A stretch of 63,974 nucleotides of DNA, counting the filler, from Octopus bimaculoides (taxonomy: Eukaryota), in NCBI RefSeq assembly GCF_001194135.2. It is 5 parts of 4 records of this genome, joined end to end, with 100 filler letters (N's around TTAATTAATTAA, not from the genome) between each part and the next. Parts side by side here need not be neighbours in the genome. Positions count along the whole stretch, not along the records: positions 1 to 30,911 come from NC_068993.1; positions 31,012 to 54,696 come from NC_068982.1; 3 more parts are not named here. One strand, written 5' to 3'. The notes beneath the pieces are model-generated. The model saw only the letters and a program-made list of their open reading frames with translations. It ran no database searches and had not been told where the DNA came from. The position numbers and the translations under genes were made by a program. Within the stretch, counting starts at the first letter, position 1, and every line of letters starts with the position of its first letter. Positions 24,284-35,300 of the stretch are shown here, in pieces.

Positions 24284-27200
24284 ATGGCAACATCTTGCAT
24301 TCCTGAAATGCAGTGGCACACAAACAATGCAGCCGAAGCCCTGAAAATATTCAAGCAAAACATCATGTACTATTGTGATGATGAGGAAATTATAGAACCA
24401 AGGAAAACAGCTTTAAAAGTATTAAGAGGAATTGGAAATGAAGGACTCAAACATCTGAATGCATCTAGCTTATCAAATGCTGACAAGAAAAACCCAAATA
24501 AACTGTGGGAATTGTTTGAAGCACAAGTCAAGACAAACATCAATTTCAGAGGATATCACCTTAAACTGATGGAATGTAGACAGCAGCATGATGAGACAAT
24601 CAATGACTTTGTTACAAGAGCCTGAATAATAGCAAAAAAATGTGAGATTAAAGAAAAAGAGCTTGAACAATGGATCATTGAATTATTGATTGCTTCAACT
24701 CCCATTGAAGCCTTCTAAAAAGAGCTACTTGGAAAGGAGAAAGACAACAAACTTGAAGATGCCCTAACAAAGAGTAGAAAATTTAAAGCTATTTTTGCCA
24801 GAAGAAGCCAGATACAACAACTTGCAAGCACAGAACCAAGCAATGTAAGTGCTGTCAAGCATTCATGTGGAAATTGTGGATGAATGCACCCACTAAGAAA
24901 GTGCCCTGAATACATAGATTCCTGCAACTTCTGCAACAAAAAGGGACACTAGAAAAAATTCTGTCGTCAATGGAACAAACAAGAAAAATGGCAATGGAAA
25001 AAGGACACACAAAAAATTCCATGATATAGAATCGAGCAACAAGGCTCATACTGATTCAGAAGAAGAGAACTGTGATCTCTATCACAGCATACAAATTTCA
25101 AGCATGCAAAATGAAGCATGTGCAACATTGGATACCATATGTCCACAGAAAGAAAAGGTACAACAAATAAAATTAAAGATTGATACGGGAGCAGCAGGCA
25201 ACACATTGCCACTGCATTCATATCACCAGATGTACAACTCAACTCCAACTGCAGACATGCTAAAACCAGAGAGAAACATTTGTCTGATGGCATAGAATGG
25301 CCAAGAAATCAAATGCTTGGGATCAATCCATTTTCAACTTCACTCAAAAAGCAGCGAATTCCAGGATGCCAAATTCTATGTGGTAGAGGTGGATGGACCA
25401 CCAATCATCAGATTGCCAAAATGTAAGGCAATGAAATTAATCACAATATATTGTGATCACGTCTTGGATTCATTCAGCTCCCGATATCACAACAATTGAG
25501 GGCCTGGAAGTAACATACCCAAATCTTTTTGACAGCCTGGGCAACTTCAAAGAGCCTGCACAACTGTACATAAAAGAAACCCTTCATTAACTCACCTCAG
25601 AAATGTTCAGTTCACCTGAAAAATAAACTCAAGATTGAACTCCAGAAGATGGAAGAAATGGAGGTCATCAAGCCTGTGAAACAACATACAGATTGGTGTT
25701 CGAGCATGGCATATTCTGTAAACAAAGATGGATCACTTTGCCTCTGCATTGACCCACAAAAACTTAATCAAGCACTGAAAAGATGCCCCCACAAAATCCC
25801 AATGGTGGAAGAGTTGAACTCTCAGTTTGCTGGTTCTAGTGTTTTCAGCAAACCAGATGCAAAAGCAGGATACTGGTCAGTTCATCTGGATGAAGAGAGT
25901 CAACTGCTCACAATCTTTAGGACCTCATTTGGAAGATATTATTGGACTAGATTGCCATTTGGTCTAAAGGTATCTCAAGATATCTTTCAAGCTAGAATGG
26001 ACAAAATCATTGAAAAACTCCCAGGGGTTGTTGGAATAACTGATGACATCACTGTCCATGGTAAAGATGAAGAAGAGCATGACAGAAATCTACAAAAACT
26101 CATGGGAAAAGCAAAGGAATCTGGATTGGTATTCAACTTGGACAAATGCCACATTCATCAACCTGATATCTCTTTCTTTGGAAATATTTATTCCAAAGGT
26201 GGTATCAGGCCAGATCCAACAAAAGTTTGTGACATTTGAAACATGTCTGTTCCAGAAAACAAGGAAAAGCTGCAAAAGTTCTTGGGAATGATGAATTACC
26301 TGGCAACATTCATTCCAAACTTCAGCATGGAATCACAACCATTAAGGGACTTCCTCAAGAAAATATACCACTTGAGATGTCTGAAGACCACATACACTGC
26401 TTTGGAAACCTTAAATCAACCATTTCAGAGAAATCAAACCTCAGGTTCTTTGACCCAAAGAAACCACCAGGACTAGAGGTAGACAGCTCCTTGAAAGGAC
26501 TCAGAGCAGTTATCGTATAAATTGGCAAACCTGTGGCATTTGCATTGAAAGCCCTTGACAAAACTTAGTCAAACTACTCAAATTTCGATCGTGAAATACT
26601 GGCTGTGGTATTTGGAATCACCTGTTTCCACACATACTTCTATGGACATCCATTGGAGGTGATTGCAGAAAAACCCCTTCTTTGAGCACCACCATGACTA
26701 CAAAGGATGCTCCAGAAAATACAGAGATATGATTTCAAAATCAAATACCACCCAGGGCATACAATGACATTGGCCAACACTCTGTCTTGCCTCCCAAGCC
26801 ATGAAGACAATGAAGACATTGACTTTGACTCAAGAGTGGATGGGATTGAATTGACCAATCTGAATTTGACCTTGTTGATTCTTCCATCAACAAACGTTAC
26901 CAACTGTGTGAGTCCACCAGCAGAGATTCTACTTAGGCTACACTGATGGAAACAATCACAAGTCCCAAATGATATAAAGACATACTAATCTTTTTGAGAT
27001 AAATTGGCTGTAGAAGATGGAATCATTTTCAAAGGGACACAAGTGTTGATACTTCCTCCTCCTCTACAATATGACATTCTCGTACAGTACCATGCCTCTC
27101 ATCAAGGGATAGAAAAGACCAAACTTCACGCTCGTGAAGGCATCTATTGGACAAACATCAACAAAAACATCGAAGAAATGTGCAGATCCTGTTGAATATG

Positions 27201-28900
27201 CCAAGAATTTGCAACTGCCAACAACATAGAGCGACTGATACCTCATGACATTCTCAGTGCACCATGGAAAAACTGGGAACAGATCTATTTGAAATCAACA
27301 GCAAAACTTATCTGCTCATTTGTGACTACTTCTCCAAATTTCCAATTGTGTCTCATCTCAGCCAAACCATAAGCAAAGCAGTCACAGAGGAATTCAAAGA
27401 GACCGTGTCTCTCTTCAGCACACCAAATGAAATTTTCAGCAACCATGGACCTCAATATACTGGAAAAACTATTTCAACAATTCACACAGAAATGGAGAAT
27501 TCAACACACTATATCATCACCAGGTATCCCCAATGAAAAGGATTCACAGAGAGACAAGTACAGACAATCAAAAAGATACTCCAAAAATGTGAACAAAGCA
27601 AAGAAAACATAAACAATGCATTGTTGAATCTAAGAGCCACATCATTAAACTCAAAGATGCCGTCACCCACTGAGATTCTATTGGACAGACCAATCACAAC
27701 ACTTGTGCCATTATGCTGGAGCTACTCTCATGAAACTCAAAGACAGAGAAAACTTCTTGAAGAAAAGAAAATATAAATGAAAACTGCATACGACCAGCAT
27801 GCAAAAATGGAATTACCTCTGTTGCACAAAGCACAAGCTGTACGAGTTCTTGACAAAAACAACAAACATTGGATACGTGGAGATATAGCAAGATAATGGG
27901 ATCTATTTTAAAACGGGGGCCACAGTATTTTCTTAATGAAACACTTTGAAACTTGGAACACTGGTAGAATGTGTCATATAAAACATCTTTTCCTCTTAGT
28001 CTTCTTAAAAAAAAAAAGAAATCCCTAAGTTATCCATGTTAAAGTTGTCGTATTTCTGTAATTTCAACCAATCACTGACGTCCATTCAGCCGATATACAT
28101 TAAGTGCCGACTACATAAACAAACGATTCTGAAACAATTCTATCGGTGATAAAATTATTATTTCCTTGTCAAAAAATGGCTGAAGCATATTGGCAGTAGC
28201 TAATAAACCTTTTTATTATAGGCTAACCCTAACCCTAACCCTAGGGTTAGGGTTAGGGTTAGGGTAAAACAGCAAATTTAAAAAGGAAAAAGCAAATAAA
28301 ACGAAGAAAAAAAAAAATGAAAAAAGCAAATAAAACGAAGCTATGGAGATTAAATACGCTTTACACCACTTAATCAGCCAAAGGAGTAAATGTAAACAAC
28401 TGAATACTTGTCAGTGGTTGGTTGAAATTATCGAAATAAGACAATTTTTTACATGAAATAAATTCGAATACAAAAATATTTTTCTGTTCTATAACACAAA
28501 ATAGATAAGTATACGAAGTTTGAAAGTCTTTCGGTACCAAAAACACTACGTAAAACATTAATGAAAACTGTGGCCCCCCCGTTTTAAAATAGATCCAGAT
28601 AATGTAAAGAAATAGCAAGACAATGTAAAGAACTGAAGTCTTACATTGTGAAAACAACACATGGAGATTTGCAGAGAAACAGAAGTAAACTGAGAGATAC
28701 TGGATAGGCATAGACAGACAGTATGAACAGACCACTCAGAGGGAAACGTCTGCCAGATCGCCTAACAATATAGAGACAGACAACCTTCCAACAGACATAA
28801 CAAAACTCCATGAAACAGGTTACTCAACTTGACTCAAGGAAAGAAATTACAAATGCTCCTCCTGATAACAACGCAGAAACACAAAATAATGGCCAGACGC
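24284..28900 (+). mobile_element. Decayed Gypsy (Mag-like) gag-pol, interrupted at 27899-28596
   Basis: gag MATSCIPEMQW..., zinc knuckles CGNCG and CNFCNKKGH, protease IDTGA, RT LCIDPQKLN...RLPFGL...ITDDITV, RNase H, integrase KLGTDLFE. The C-terminal SYIVKTTHGDLQRNRSKLR resumes after the insertion. Confidence 0.9.
27899..28596. mobile_element. Complete 698-bp MITE (Merlin-like) with a central telomeric palindrome
   Basis: TIRs GGATCTATTTTAAAACGGGGGCCACAGT and ACTGTGGCCCCCCCGTTTTAAAATAGATCC; 8-bp TSD AGATAATG (27891-27898, 28597-28604); centre AACCCTAACCCTAACCCTAGGGTTAGGGTTAGGGTT. Confidence 0.9.
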
Positions 28901-28910
28901 ATGAGAAGTG

Positions 28911-28965
<55 letters not shown>

Positions 28966-29164
28966 TGTGTATTTCTTCTATCTTAATGAATAAAAATTCT
29001 TCTGATAGAATAAATGGTTTAATAGAAACCAATGTAGCAAAGAACACAAAATAACTGTGGTTTAGTTCCTGTTTTTAAGGCAGGAACTCCTTGAAATTTT
29101 GGGTATTTGAGTATATTTAAGAATTTAAGGATTGGAGAAACCGCATGTTATAATTGCATACTTT

Positions 29165-29250
29165 ATTCCTACATATGTTTCAAAGGATTACAACCTGTGT
29201 GATCTATAGGGATCTTTGATATTAAAATTGTAACCTTCTCATCAGGGAAA
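29165..29250 (-). ncRNA. Type I hammerhead ribozyme (PLE-type), intact core
   Basis: Minus strand: TTCC CTGATGA GAAGGTTACAA [loop] TTGTAATCCTTT GAAA CATATG TA GGAA. Stem I TTCC/GGAA, stem II ~10 bp, palindromic stem III, GUA cleavage triplet. Confidence 0.8.
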
Positions 29251-29415
29251 GCATGGGAATCATCTTAAACGTAAGACATTATGACAGTGTACATATATAT
29301 ATATATACCGGAGTAAGCACATGCAATGTGCAACAAGGTGGAAAAAAGAGTACTCAAATACCAGAGGTAGAGTAATATGCTTTATTTAAAAGCAGCAGAA
29401 ATATAACAAAAAAAA

Positions 29416-29440
29416 CGTTACTCTGAGTTTCACGTTCCCG

Positions 29441-29445
<5 letters not shown>
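29416..29445 (-). ncRNA. Truncated hammerhead-like module
   Basis: Minus strand: (TA)n ATGA ACG GGAA CGT GAAA CTCAGAG TA; the CUG of the core is replaced by the microsatellite. Confidence 0.5.
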
Positions 29446-29485
<40 letters not shown>

Positions 29486-29677
29486 GTGTATTTTTTCAAT
29501 GTGTACAAATAGCATGGAAAAATAAATAGTTACCAGGGTATCAAAAATTCACATAAGTGCCAAAGATATCACACCCTTCTTATAAAGGTAGAAATTCCAG
29601 GGTTAAGTGAAATGATTTTGTATAACAGATAAATTAAGAAATTGGGTGAAACACAGGTGTTATTCAAATCTTTATAC

Positions 29678-29770
29678 TTCCGAGATATGTTTCGAAGAAA
29701 GTACTGATATTATTCTGGGTGGGTGGGGATGAAATGATGTAAAACAATGCAATCATCTCGTCAGAGGAAA
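29678..29770 (-). ncRNA. Degenerate type I hammerhead
   Basis: Minus strand: TTCCT CTGACGA ... GAAA CATATC TC GGAAG; stem III G is mutated; flank homologous to 29125-29170. Confidence 0.55.
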
Positions 29771-30208
29771 AGAGAGAAACAAAACGCATCAATAAGCCAT
29801 TTTAACCAAATGTGATTAGCAAGTATATGATGAAGTGGAATGTTGGCAAGTTATTTTTCAAAAAATCGTTAATAGATTTAACATCAAAGGTAATTTAGAG
29901 AAAGAGGAGGAGAAAGTGGAGAAATATAGTGTGATAGATGAAATGGAATAAAGCTTAAAAGCGTGGAAATAGATATATGTAGTGGAAATGAGATATAAGA
30001 AGACAGTTAAAGGTCGAATTTTATAGATTGGTAGAAGTTACTTATAGGAACTAAAGGTATGTTTTTGCCAATGTTTACAATGATAAATGGATTCTTGAAA
30101 CATGCTTACAAGAGTATTCTCCGAGAAAAGGGTGAGAAATTGTTCTTCGTTAACGCCTGCGTTTGACCCTATTTCTTAATGTGTGTGTGTGTGTATATAT
30201 ATATATAT

Positions 30209-30900
30209 CAATATCTATAAAACAGAGGATGTTTGTGTGTGTGTGTACGTGAATGTGGTTTATGCACATCCACAAATTAGCACGCATGTCGCTCCAATTT
30301 TAGGAGAAGATTCGGAATGACCCTAGGTGCATTTTAGTGAACTTTCTCTCTCAGAGGTACCCGCTTTTACTTGTAAAAATCGATAAACTTTTACCAATTT
30401 TGAAGTTTGTTGACATGGCGAAGTCAAATCTGTGCGTACACGTGTGAAGGCGAGAGAGAGAGAGAAATTGTATGTTTGTGAGAGGGAGGGTGAAGGAGAG
30501 ATACATTTTCTTTGCCAGCATCTGTGTGGTAAGCAGCAATCAAACAGAAAAAAATACCCTCTCTCCCTCTCCCTCCCTTACATACACATGCCAGTTATCT
30601 CTCTTTCTTTCTTTCTTTCTTTCTCTCACACACACACAGCAACATTACACACAAAACACATGTTGCCAAAAAGAAATAGATGCAATCTTTTTATAGTGAG
30701 TATGCCAGACAGAAAGTGTGGTGTGTATGTGAAGTTCTTTTGTTAGTGTGAGAGAGCAGTATGTGTGTGTGTGTAATGTTGCTGTGTGTGTGAGACAGGG
30801 AGAGAGAGAAAGAAAGAAAGAAAGAGAGATAAATGTGTGTAAGGGAGGGAGAGCGCGCTCTCTCTATCTCTGCCAAATTGATGTAAACAAACCCATGTGG
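30209..30900 (+). mobile_element. Possible non-autonomous Helitron/Helentron-type element
   Basis: Starts ATCTATAAAAC, followed by a (GT)n tract and an internal inverted repeat (~30560-30660 vs ~30760-30855); the right end is lost in a gap. Confidence 0.3.
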
Positions 30901-31011
30901 TCTGATTTTCANNNNNNNNNNNNNNNNNNNNNNNNNNNNNNNNNNNNNNNNNNNNTTAATTAATTAANNNNNNNNNNNNNNNNNNNNNNNNNNNNNNNNN
31001 NNNNNNNNNNN

Positions 31012-31077
<66 letters not shown>

Positions 31078-31099
31078 GTAAAAAGAGAGAAGGAAAGAG

Positions 31100-31620
31100 A
31101 GAGAGAGAAAGAGGTATTGATGCAAATAAACACGCTTGGGCTTGATGTACAAAATATGAATACATATATACATATAAATATATATGAGGGTATATATAGA
31201 GAGAAACAGAAACTGAAAACATTCAGAAGATGAACACTCATGTATAAGCATAAAGATATCTATATATTTACAGAACAAATTTACATGGAGCAAAAAAACT
31301 ACAGAAAACTAAGGGGCAGAGGGCATGGTGTATCAGGTCCTACAGTTGTCAGACTTGAAATACCATACTCCAGGAACAACTTTCGAGCCTGAAATACTAC
31401 TCCCTAGAAACAGCAGTCGGACCTGAAATACCATGTCCTCTCTCCTTAGTTTTCTCTAAATATATAAATATCTATATGCTTATACATGAATGTTCATCTT
31501 CTAAATATTTTCAGTTTTGTTTCTCTCTCTATATATCTCTATATATTTACATGTGTGTATGTATGTATGTTTATTTTGCATAGCAAGCCTAAGAGTATTT
31601 ATTTGCATGAGTATTTCCAT
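31100..31620. repeat. Fold-back element with a central minisatellite
   Basis: Arms ~31100-31290 and ~31440-31620 are diverged reverse complements; the centre has three copies of a ~35-bp unit containing CTGAAATACCA/TTGAAATACCA/CTGAAATACTA. Confidence 0.7.
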
Positions 31621-31821
31621 ATCAGCTCCCCTGCATTCCTCTTACTACCACTCTTTACCTCGCAGATTTAGTCCTCGATAAAGACTAAGTTAAATCAGAG
31701 TGTAAGTTCAAATCATTTGAGCACTACTATGTGTTTTCTATATCGAATATCTCTGGAACTCACATGCTGACTCACTCTGTCTGTCTGTCTGTCTGTCTGT
31801 CTGTGTCTGTCTGTCTGTCTG

Positions 31822-31907
<86 letters not shown>

Positions 31908-33592
31908 TAACGAGAGAGCGAGCATCTGTTATGGCTTCAGAAGATGTGGGTTTATGTCCTACGGGTAGACTTCGACTTTTTCCACCTAAAGATCTTTAAA
32001 CCAAAATTTACACCCTGTTGCTTATAGCTTCATATACTTCGAGCTCTATCGCTAAAAACGATTTATTTCATGTCTCTCAAAGTTTCTAAATTCTTATGAT
32101 GTAAACAATACATGTGTATATGTGTGTGTTTGTGTGCGTGTGAGTGTGTGCATGTGTGCGTTTGTGTATGTGTGCATGTGTGCGTTTGTGTATGCGTGTA
32201 GACACAAAAAGACGGGATAGTCACAGCTGGAACACCTTTGGTCATAAATCAGCTGAATCAGAGCTGACATGCCTGCCACACGCCTTCTCAAACGACTGAT
32301 CAATCGTGTGAAGACAAAAGGCAAGTGCTCGCATATCGTCAGGGAAAACTTTGGAATTAAAATTGCGATCTTTTCAAGGGACAGCTCAATACGTCACGGC
32401 TACAGTTTCAAAGAAGCTATCTCATTCGGATAGAGCAGAACTGGCAAAAATTCTCGTTCGTTTGTCAGTGACGATACTCTTCTTCTCGTTAAGACAACTA
32501 CATTATGTTTGCTACTTAACTTCCTATGTTTGTGGAGTTACTTTCTAATTAAAGAACGTACTTGGCAACAAGATATCAGATTTGTGGGCTTTTGGTCACC
32601 CAGTTTTTGCTAACGGAGCGATGTTGGACTATTAATTAAATTGAAAGAAACAGAACAATAAAGCTCAGTTAAAAACATTCTGGCGCACATTTAAAGGCAG
32701 TTTCCTTGACGATCTTCATTGATTACATAATAAATACCGTTAGCTTTACCTTCAAGTATGTGTACTTCGATGTATACTTTATAACGATTTTATATTTATA
32801 CATTCCCAATCAATAATTTATCTATGGAAAGGGCTATCAGATTTATCTTTAGAAAAATTTAATTCATGTTTTATATAACTTAATTTTTAATAAAAATCCA
32901 AACTTGAAATAAGCTGCAGTATAAAGGAGTTAGGTTGAAGTACTAAAGTTGCTAAACTCCTAAATAAAAAAAAAAATTCATTATTGCATATATAAAAAAC
33001 TTTATAACAAAACTAGATTTTTTCTTTAAATATTTTCATATGTAGAAGCTTTCCATACGTTAATGTGTTTCTAAAATAGTACAATAGCTTCGTTATGAAT
33101 TTCATTTTAATCGTTCTACCGAGCAGTTGTCTTTTTTTATTATCGTAAATAAACCAACTCAGAAACAATAAGTTCCACAATATAAGATCGTCTATATACG
33201 ATTCATCATTGCTATGCATTACTATGTGGGTGGATCGAAAGCATGGTCGACATGCATGTATGTATGTATGTATGTATGTATGTATGTATGCACGCACGCA
33301 CGCACACACACACATACACACACACATATATATATATACATACCATATTTTAACGTTAATAAGGACCCCACTAGTTTGGAGATTTGAGGCCCGAGTAAAT
33401 TAAGTAATTTATTAATATCTATAATACAATCCATGTATTAGAAACTCCCATATTTTTTAAAACTAATTTTTGACAAAAAAGGATTCCTTATACACGTTAA
33501 AATNNNNNNNNNNNNNNNNNNNNNNNNNNNNNNNNNNNNNNNNNNNNNNNNNNNNNNNNNNNNNNNNNNNNNNNNNNNNNNNNNNNNNNNNN

Positions 33593-33625
<33 letters not shown>

Positions 33626-34879
33626 CAGATACACATTGTGATTATACACAAAGATTTTCATTTAACAAATAAATGCAAAAATAGTATACCGAGAAGATTC
33701 TCAATATCTTATACAACTCCACGGTATATTTTGTTACATAGCTTCAAATATATTGATCACTCCAGATTAACGAAGACAAAGAAAAGATATTCCACATTTC
33801 GTGATTTTAGTGACAGCTTTGCTTGTCAATAAATACTGTTCATCTGATTGAAAAGCAAAAGATCTGAAGAAAAGCAAAATATCTGAAGAAAAGCAGCATT
33901 GTTCAATTCACTTTTTAGCGACTCAGCCCCACATCTTTTCTTTTTGATCTTGATCCAAATGATACCTTTAAATCATGTAATATGATTATACTGCTGCTGT
34001 TATTTAACAGTTATTTTCTAAATGTTTCCTTAGATATTTTAATATCAGTAAACGATATGATGGAAAACTAGCTACTACGATACCCATTTCAAAGATCAAT
34101 AAAAATCAAATTTATTTTCGAACCAAAGCAGAAATTATACATACAAATATAACTAGTACTGGAAGTCACGTAAAACCATAATTTTAGCATTATTCAATAG
34201 AAATACTTTTACTATTGGTTAAGGATTATAATATATTTAACCTCAACTATAAATTCAAAGGAAGACCATGTATATTAAAATTCCTACCGAGGATTCTTTC
34301 TCACAGCAGCCTACTGACTTCAATAATATGTCTATATTCTGTGTACATTAATACACGTAAAGCATTAATATAACATGATTCGCTATTCCACCATCTTCCA
34401 AACATAAGCTTTATAGTGTTTTTATTACTAACGACCTTGAAATTTTAGTCATAACCGCCAGATCCAGAAGTTTGTATTATACTGCGTATTGGATAACATT
34501 ACATTCCAGATATTGTAATACTTCGAAAACGTTTATTAGCTGATTGTTGAACGTCGATGTTGAAAAGAACAGTTACCAATAAAAGAATAATTTTGCTTCA
34601 AATGAATTCATTAAATATTCATTGAATATTATCTCTTGATTCAATTAGTCTGAGTAGCACAAGCGTCTTAATACAAAACGAGACAAAGTTAGTGCATTCT
34701 TCATAAAAAATTCTGTCCCAAAGAAATCTATGTCGGTTGTGTGACAACATAAAGTAATTGATCAAATATTAATAATTAATATGAACGATGAGATCGCCAA
34801 ATCTCGCCTTCAAAGTCGATAAAATAATCAAACTGACTGCTATCAAGTAAATCGGCTGCACTTCAAGTACTGATGTCGA

Positions 34880-34883
<4 letters not shown>

Positions 34884-34934
<51 letters not shown>

Positions 34935-35100
34935 GTCTATATATCTGTCTGCCTGTCTGTCTGTCTGTCTGTCTGTCTGCCTTGCCTAGCTGTCTGTCTG
35001 TCTGCTTGCCTGTCTGTCTGTCTGCTTGCTGGCCTGTCTGTCTGTCTGTCCGTCCGTCCGTCCGTCCGTCCGTCCGTCCGTCCACCTGTCTGTCTGTCCG
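34884..35100. repeat. Compound (TATC)n/(GTCT)n/(GTCC)n microsatellite
   Basis: Direct read. Confidence 0.9.
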
Positions 35101-35300
35101 GTTAGACGGCTTGCCCAGACCAATGCAACTCTTCCACGCCAGATATCTCGATCTTCCATGGCAGCCTTCATATCCTCAACTTGATATCTCGTGTCTTCCA
35201 TAAGCTTTCGATATATGCTGTCTTCGGTCTGTCGACACCTGTATGACTATGCATAGGTATTCAAAGAAGGAGGTCACTGGATATTTTGTCCTTGCTTCAC
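35100..35300 (-). mobile_element. RTE-clade LINE extreme 3' end
   Basis: CW*SKDKISSDLLL...DRPKTAYI...MEDRDIWRGRV, then a tetranucleotide tail. Confidence 0.7.

Larger units (their letters stand above)
29060..30180 (-). mobile_element. Penelope-like 3' end and pLTR-type repeats
   Basis: Decayed endonuclease tail near 30070-30160 (ACFKNPFIIVN), a purine-rich plus-strand tract and three hammerhead-like modules. Confidence 0.55.

Noticed and set aside
30956-30967. TTAATTAATTAA embedded between N runs (also at 54741, 61224 and 62915)
   Set aside because: An identical 12-mer with stops in all six frames, always between N runs, is a scaffolding linker rather than biology.
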